Source: the human T2T-CHM13v2.0 reference genome, Homo sapiens. Taken from it: 64,000 bases of DNA. Each line of letters begins with the position of its first letter. Position 1 is the stretch's first letter. A model generated the notes under the pieces. It did no database searches, was not told the origin of the DNA, and worked only from the letters and a program-made list of their open reading frames with translations. The stretch lies in assembly GCF_009914755.1 (NCBI RefSeq), contig NC_060945.1; one strand, given 5' to 3'. Below, one piece after another: positions 57,647-64,000 of the stretch. Position numbers and translations under genes: made by a program.

Positions 57647-57929
57647 TGGTGGTGTTCTTATTTATATCTCCAGCATCTAGTATAATAAACGACATATGAT
57701 AGATGTTCCTTGAAAGTTTTCTGTTAATAAGTTCATTCCCTATGGAGATTTCCAATAATGAATTTCTTAGGGGTGATCCTCAGTGTAGGAGAACATAAAA
57801 TTTTAAAGTAGAAACAAAATAGTCACACAATAAGGAGGCAGGCCAAATACATGGGGTGAGGATGTAGCTCTTTGTCCCGGATAAATTTATGGTTTGACTC
57901 TGGTTTCTAAACCTCTCTCCCCCACACCC

Positions 57930-58010
57930 CTCAGACTTTCTTCGGAATGGGGCCCAGGAATCTGAAGTTTCAAAAATTCCACCAGCGATTCTATGCAACC
58001 ACCTAAGCGT
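57930..58010. mobile_element. MER5A-like hAT fragment
   Basis: ggggcccaggaatctgaagtttcaaaaattccaccagcgattctatgca. Confidence 0.55.
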
Positions 58011-58575
58011 GGCTCTTTGTAGGCTCTTACAGGGTATTGTGGACTTTTAAATACATTTCTAGAAATGGATGCACTGTGTATCTCTCAAGCAGTCCGCTTT
58101 AAATCTTCTTCAGTGTGAACGTAATAAGTATTGACTTACTAGTAAGTCAAAAAAATAAAGACTTCTGAAAGATATCAGAGATGTTGGTCTTATTTTTATA
58201 GTTAAGAGCAACCCTTACTCTTTAATAGAAAGCCAATTGGTGGTAAAGTTGACCTTCTTAAAAGATTGAAGACCATAACCAGGAAATATGCATAAGTAAA
58301 GCACCCCCAAACCTCCTCAATAGCCTGTTTCAACATGAAGATGGACAAAAGGAGCAGACTCAGAGTTCCCTCAGAATGTTGAGTTGTCTTCTATAACAGC
58401 TAGAGAAGCATGGCCGGAAAATCACTCTGTGGAGGCCAGTCATTTGAAAATCCTAGAGAAATACCCATAGAACAGATGAGTGATTGGAGAGAGACTTTAG
58501 GAATAAGGATATTATTTACCTCCATAGAGAACTGGTCATTCATGGTGAAATGAGTGCATTTAAATTTTTTGTTTG

Positions 58576-60026
58576 TTTGTTTCCAGTCTCCCAGGGTTTC
58601 AAACCATTGTGGGTTTACCTACCGTGACTACAACACCACTCATCTAAGTTCCCTGGGAGGTATATACACAGGGAAAACCCTAGAGAAAATTGTTCTGTAT
58701 GGCATTTAGGGAATTTATAGCTGTGGGCCACTAGTGATGGGGTTTTTAATAGGGTTAGAGGATGAACAACAATTGTATTATATGGTAAAAGCCGAACTTG
58801 TTCTGCTGTTGTTCCTAACACAGAAATAGAAATTACTAAAGTGTATGGTAGGGTATTAGTTGCGTGAGCCTTCCATACAGAACAACACAATATAACCAGT
58901 ACATGTTACATTGAATAGAGAGTAATTCTTTTTGTTTAAAAATATGAGTAGGTAGGTACAGTCTGGAAATAATGTATCAGAAATATTAATAGTGCTTATC
59001 TCTGAGTAATGCAAAGAGTTTTAAATTTTCCACATTTTTCTTGTTTGTTCTAGTAAACATTTTTATTCTTTGGTTTGATAAATTGAAGACAAAACCTCTT
59101 TTTTTGTCTTCTTTGACAGTTTTTTTATACGGACTTTATTTTATAATCTGATTCCCTTGTAATTCTTCTAAGACCACTTCCCTGTGAGTAGCCTGTGTTT
59201 CATCTACACCAGATTACTCATCGTTTCTATTGCATATAGGAAATTTTCCTGTCATTATGGCATGTTCATGAAGTATCCTTCATCTTAAAAATGTTCTTTT
59301 ATCTTTAGTGTTCATGAATTTTTTCATATTCTTTAAGATCTTCCTCATATCCCAGAGTCTTTGTGAGTTTCTCTGAGAGCACTTCTCTAGTAGCTATTGT
59401 CTTTTCCCTCTTAATTCCAACCTTTTCTTACTACCAAATGTATTATGTTCTTCTCTATTGTACTTATATTTTGGCTTGCCTTCCAGTGTAGAGTCTCATA
59501 TATAGCAGGGATTTTATGAATCTTTGATCAGACCTTACAATGTGCTATTCCTTCTGCCTGGAATCTTTTCTATTCTTTTCTCCAAGATAATCCTCTACAA
59601 ATCCTTCAAGACTCATCTAAGTTAGCACCTCTTCTAGAAAGTGTTTCTTAACAGGCAGCATTATCTCAAGTATGTGTATTGGGTCCACAGTGCTTTTATA
59701 AAACCTTGTGCGTAACTTTTATTGAATTTAGCACATTGTATTATAATAGAATGTATATTTATCAGATTTTACTCAGAGTTCCTTAAAATTAGTGAAGTAT
59801 GTAATCTTTTTTGTTTTTTATATTTTTAATACCTAATATAGTACTGAAAATGGCACAGGTTCAATAAACATGTTGGGAATGCAATTTGAATTTTTTGTTT
59901 CCAATCTCCCAGGGTGTCAAATATTGTAGGTTCAACTCCCGTGACAACGAAACCACTCACTTAAGTTCCCTAGGAGGTATATACATAGGGCAAACCCCAG
60001 AGAAAATTGTTCTGTATGACATTTAG
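58576..60026 (+). repeat. Dispersed direct repeat pair, 58576-58709 and 59894-60026
   Basis: Hand alignment: 17 substitutions and 1 gap over 134 nt (~86% identity). Confidence 0.93.
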
Positions 60027-61814
60027 CCAGAAGCATTCAGTGTTACTCATAACGTTTTTGTACTCAAACTCCTTTATGGAAGGAAACCTTGGCCCTGGTG
60101 ACCTAAGGTGGATTTGACATGTGTTGATCAGATAACATTACTCTTGGTCCTAAGAACCAATTTTACAAAGATTCTAGGTTTCAGTGGGTCATTAGACCAA
60201 TGTCAGACCAGATGGATTTATTGCTTTAAGTTCACATCCAATTATTAACCGTTGACATTATCTGCTATGGTGAAGAGAGGAAGAGTGCCAAACACAAGGA
60301 AAAGTTTTATCAACAAGGAGTTTCTCTCCCAGCCCTAAAGCAGCTGGCATGAGCCACCTATCATGAAGTCTTCCAGAAGCAGAAGTATTGCTAAGCTGAT
60401 GGTAGCCAAAGATTTTCTTTATCTATTACTCATGGGCATTGAAAGGCTATTGCAGTCCAAAATCAGGAAATGATTTAATGAGGACATTAAACTTCTTTTA
60501 ACTTCTCTCCTTCCTTTTTGTACACATTGTAAGCATCCTCACCTCTGGTTTTCCTTATCACATAGTTTTACCTCCATGATCTTAGTTAACTCTGTCAAAA
60601 ACTTGGTGTGTTCATGTGCAGTCTCCACACCTTTGTGTCCAAAATATGTCTTGATTCTAGCCAATTTTGTGTCCCCCTGTTGCTCTCTCTCTTAATCAGA
60701 AAGCACATTTATTTCTTTTTCATGTTGCTCTACTGCCTTCTATTACCTTCACCGATCTCTAGTTTTACTTTCCTCTCTAATTCGTTCTTCACAATATCCC
60801 CAGAATAATTTTTTAAAAACTGCTATGTTGCCATTATATTATGTACTATATTATATACCTGCATCATCTCTTGCCATTTCTCCACTCTCATACTGTAGTC
60901 CAGTCATATTATTCTTTTTTTTGAATGTAGTCCATGCTTACTGCATGGACTCTCCATTCTTCCACCTGGAAAAACAGCTCATTCATTATTCAGCTTAATA
61001 GGTCACTTTAGGTCACATCCAAATTGCTCACATCACTTCACTGCCATTGTTCCCATATAAAGTGTTATAATATTGTCAAAATTTATATATATGATTATTT
61101 GGTTAGTGGTGTTCTCCACAGATGACTGTGAGCTTCATGGAGACAGAGACTGGCTGCTTTGTCAGAGACTCACTGAGATAAACCCTTTAGGTCATGTAAG
61201 GATTTTGGGCTTGTCTCATCTAGGGAACACCCAGTGGATGTTCATTGTACATTGTTGGATATATAAGTCTGGAACTCAAAAGATGGATAGGAGATATCGT
61301 GAATTTTTATTGGTACCAGTTTGCCTTTCCTCTGACAACACTCAGCTACTGGGGCAAGTACAGAAAAGATGGAAGGTTAGGTTCATTCAGGGTTAAGATT
61401 TTGTCAGGAAGTGTGAAGGAAGATGCTGTGGCCAGAGAAAAATAGCTCCTGTGCACTCTATGGAAAGTCAGCCCAAGATTGCTGTTCAAACCAAATTCTT
61501 TTGGTAAAATGCTGGCAATTTTCCAAAATGAGCTTTTGTTATTTCTCATGGCAGAAAAATTTACTGTGAATTCCTTACCATAAACTATAATGAGAGCTTT
61601 CTTTCATAATTATTGGAGTACTCTTAGTTCTGGGTTTTTGTTTTTTAATAAATTCTGGGAAGAAGTGCTATACGTGGAAAGATATATTTTACTTTGAATG
61701 GAAGACTAAAATTGGTTCTTACATAACTTCAGACATAGAAATGAATAAAAGATTTATCTTAGTATAGACTCTGTGGTTTATATTAGATATATAATTGATT
61801 CTTTTCTCATGAAG

Positions 61815-61957
61815 CACAAGCAGCAGGAGACCCAGAATATCTAGAGCAGCCATCAAGAAGTGATTTCTCAAAGCACTTGAAAGAAGAAACTATTCAAATA
61901 ATTACCAAGGCATCACATGAGCATGAAGATAAAAGTCCTGAAACAGTTTTGCAGTCG
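61815..61957 (+). CDS. USP25: USP25 exon ~18
   Basis: catgaag|CA CAA GCA...CAG TCG|gtaaga; 143 nt; [15 protein letters not shown]...SPETVLQS. Confidence 0.93.
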
Positions 61958-62367
61958 GTAAGAACTTTTCTTTTGGCTCTCTGAACATAGCCATGGTCAC
62001 GACATTTCCTCCAGTATAGTGGAGAGGGACCTGTCAGGGAGTCAGGAGAGACGGGGCCCAGTGATGGCTCTGCCATGGGCATGATCAGTGACCATGGGCA
62101 AGTCATCTCATGCCCAGGCTGTGATTTCCTCAGCTGTGATTTTAAAGACACTTTTCTCTTAAGTTTCTGTCTTTCTGCTAGAGAATTCTAATGAATCATA
62201 ATCATAGATTAAATTGACCATTTGATCTGGAACTTAAAAAGAGAAGTGTAAAATTTAGCAGTATTTCTCCTGTCTCTCACCCATTCCTCCATCTGTAATC
62301 TGATTACATGGGAATAGTTGAGAATTTAAGACCTAATTGTCATAATTTCATGAAATGTGTTTAACAA

Positions 62368-62437
62368 TAAAACTACTAGATACTGTAGATTAGAGTATTA
62401 TTTAAAACTACTAGATACTGTAGATTAGAGTATTATT
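62368..62437 (+). repeat. Perfect 35-bp tandem duplication
   Basis: taaaactactagatactgtagattagagtattatt, two copies. Confidence 0.95.
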
Positions 62438-64000
62438 AGAAGGATAAGTAGGATGTTGCAAAACTGTTTGTGAATATTTTAAGAACGTCCTGTGCAAAAA
62501 CGTCATTAGGCTACTCTATTGTAGTTTTCAACTACATCTTTTTATAGCGGTAAATTGAGCATGTTTGGTGTTATACTGTGTTATCAGTGAATATGGCATT
62601 CTGAGAGAAGCTATTTCAAGAATTTGTTACTACTAAACCTTTTAGTTCCTGTAGTCATTTATCTTTTATTAGTGAGCATAAGCAGCTCTAATGCAGATTT
62701 TGTGGTAGTTCCTTTTAATATTTGAAGATTCCCCTTGACAACTAAAAAGAGTACGACATATCATAATTTTACAACACGTAATTTTCTGCTTAGTAAGTGA
62801 ATTCAGTGCCAGCAATAACCTGCTAATTGCAATGAGGCCTTAAATATATAATAAGACTTCCTTTAGCCAAAATGTTCAAGAGATATGGTACTCTGTTAAT
62901 TTTGTTTTGATGAACTAAATAACAATACAAATTATTTTTTGTTTGAACAATTTTGAAAATGTATTAATATATCATCTTATTAAAATGTATTAATTTAAAT
63001 AGATATTTGATGATTCCAAATTTTGCAAATGCCTTAGAAGCTTTAAATGAATTTGATGTGAACATCACTAACTCTAAAGCTTTTCCTGGAAAATGCTTTG
63101 TTTAGTGGATCTGGGATGTCTGCTTCTTGGGTGATGGTAAGAGGAAAACCTAGGGAAGGAGAAAGAACAGAGGAGTAGGTACAAGGGGAAATAGTTTTGT
63201 CTGACAAAAACTGCATTTGCAAGGCCTCTGCTAATTAGAACTTTTATTTGTTAAAGGCCTAAATTATGATTAATGAGTGTCACTTTTTAAGCTGGTATTA
63301 GAAAACCAAAAGCATTACTTAGCTTAATGTAGAATCCTGATTTTAAGTTTGGAAAATCATATGGAATTTAAATTTGCAGAAGTCAGCTAAATTTTGATTG
63401 CTCAGCTTCATAATATGGATATCGTCTTATAAGGTAGCAACCTACTACCTCATCTTTACTTCAGAAAGGAGGATGACAGGGAGACTATATGATATAGACA
63501 AATACACTATTTGTCTATTCATTTAATTGTTTTCTGGAGTGGCATCCACAGTTAGCCCCATTGCATATGTAAATCCTGAAGCAAGTCTGAGAATTCATTA
63601 ACCGTGGCTTGATCTTACAGTCAGTTGCTTAGCGTCATGGTAACTACTTCATAGCGGTTTTTTTCATTTAAACTTAGCGTACACTAGAAGCTAAATTGCA
63701 CAGGTGAAAAGTATCTTCAGACTTTGGGATTAAACATTTCTGGATTTTGGAATATTAGTTTTATTTATTATGAATGCAACCTTGAATAAATTGCCAAATT
63801 TCTCCAGATAGACCTCAGTCTTCTTTTCCATAAAATGAAGGTAATTGTAGGATTAGTCAAGAGCATTATTTGTAAGTGCCTGGCATGGCATGTAGTAGGC
63901 ACTGAGTAACTGTTGGTTTCCTTCTGTTACATCAGTCCTAGCCGCTTTTCAAATATGCAATATATTAAAATCAACTTTAATATAAGAAAAATTTCCTGGA

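Noticed and set aside
61958-64000. Muscle-specific alternative USP25 exons known to follow exon 18
   Set aside because: No matching exon recognised before the window ends; probably downstream

Overview
This is primate (apparently human) genomic DNA, not microbial. It covers the middle of the deubiquitinase gene USP25 on the + strand (chr21q21 in human, from recall). Fourteen GT-AG coding exons (about exons 5-18, 10920-61957) splice in one frame to 1945 nt, about residues 131-779. That includes the whole USP catalytic domain: the Cys box [11 protein letters not shown] and the His box GHYWAY...YND. The introns are AT-rich and full of repeats: an old 3'-truncated L1, other L1/L2/MIR fragments, nine Alus, a full-length THE1A retroposon, a THE1B solo LTR, MLT1, MER44A and microsatellites. 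Most listed ORFs are chance or repeat-derived. The most unusual items are: (1) a 12-copy 82-bp VNTR in intron 17 whose unit reads as a branch point/acceptor/40-nt exon/consensus donor cassette on the minus strand and carries the U1 snRNA 5'-end motif ACTTACCTG on the sense strand; (2) a 129-bp copy of the exon-10 3' splice-site region inserted into the THE1A internal sequence 2859 bp upstream; (3) a 69-bp-arm hairpin in the THE1A 5' LTR; (4) a second ~134-bp local duplication in intron 17; (5) several splice and polyA features. No new biological system is proven by sequence alone. Exon and residue numbers and repeat subfamily names come from recall, not from a search.
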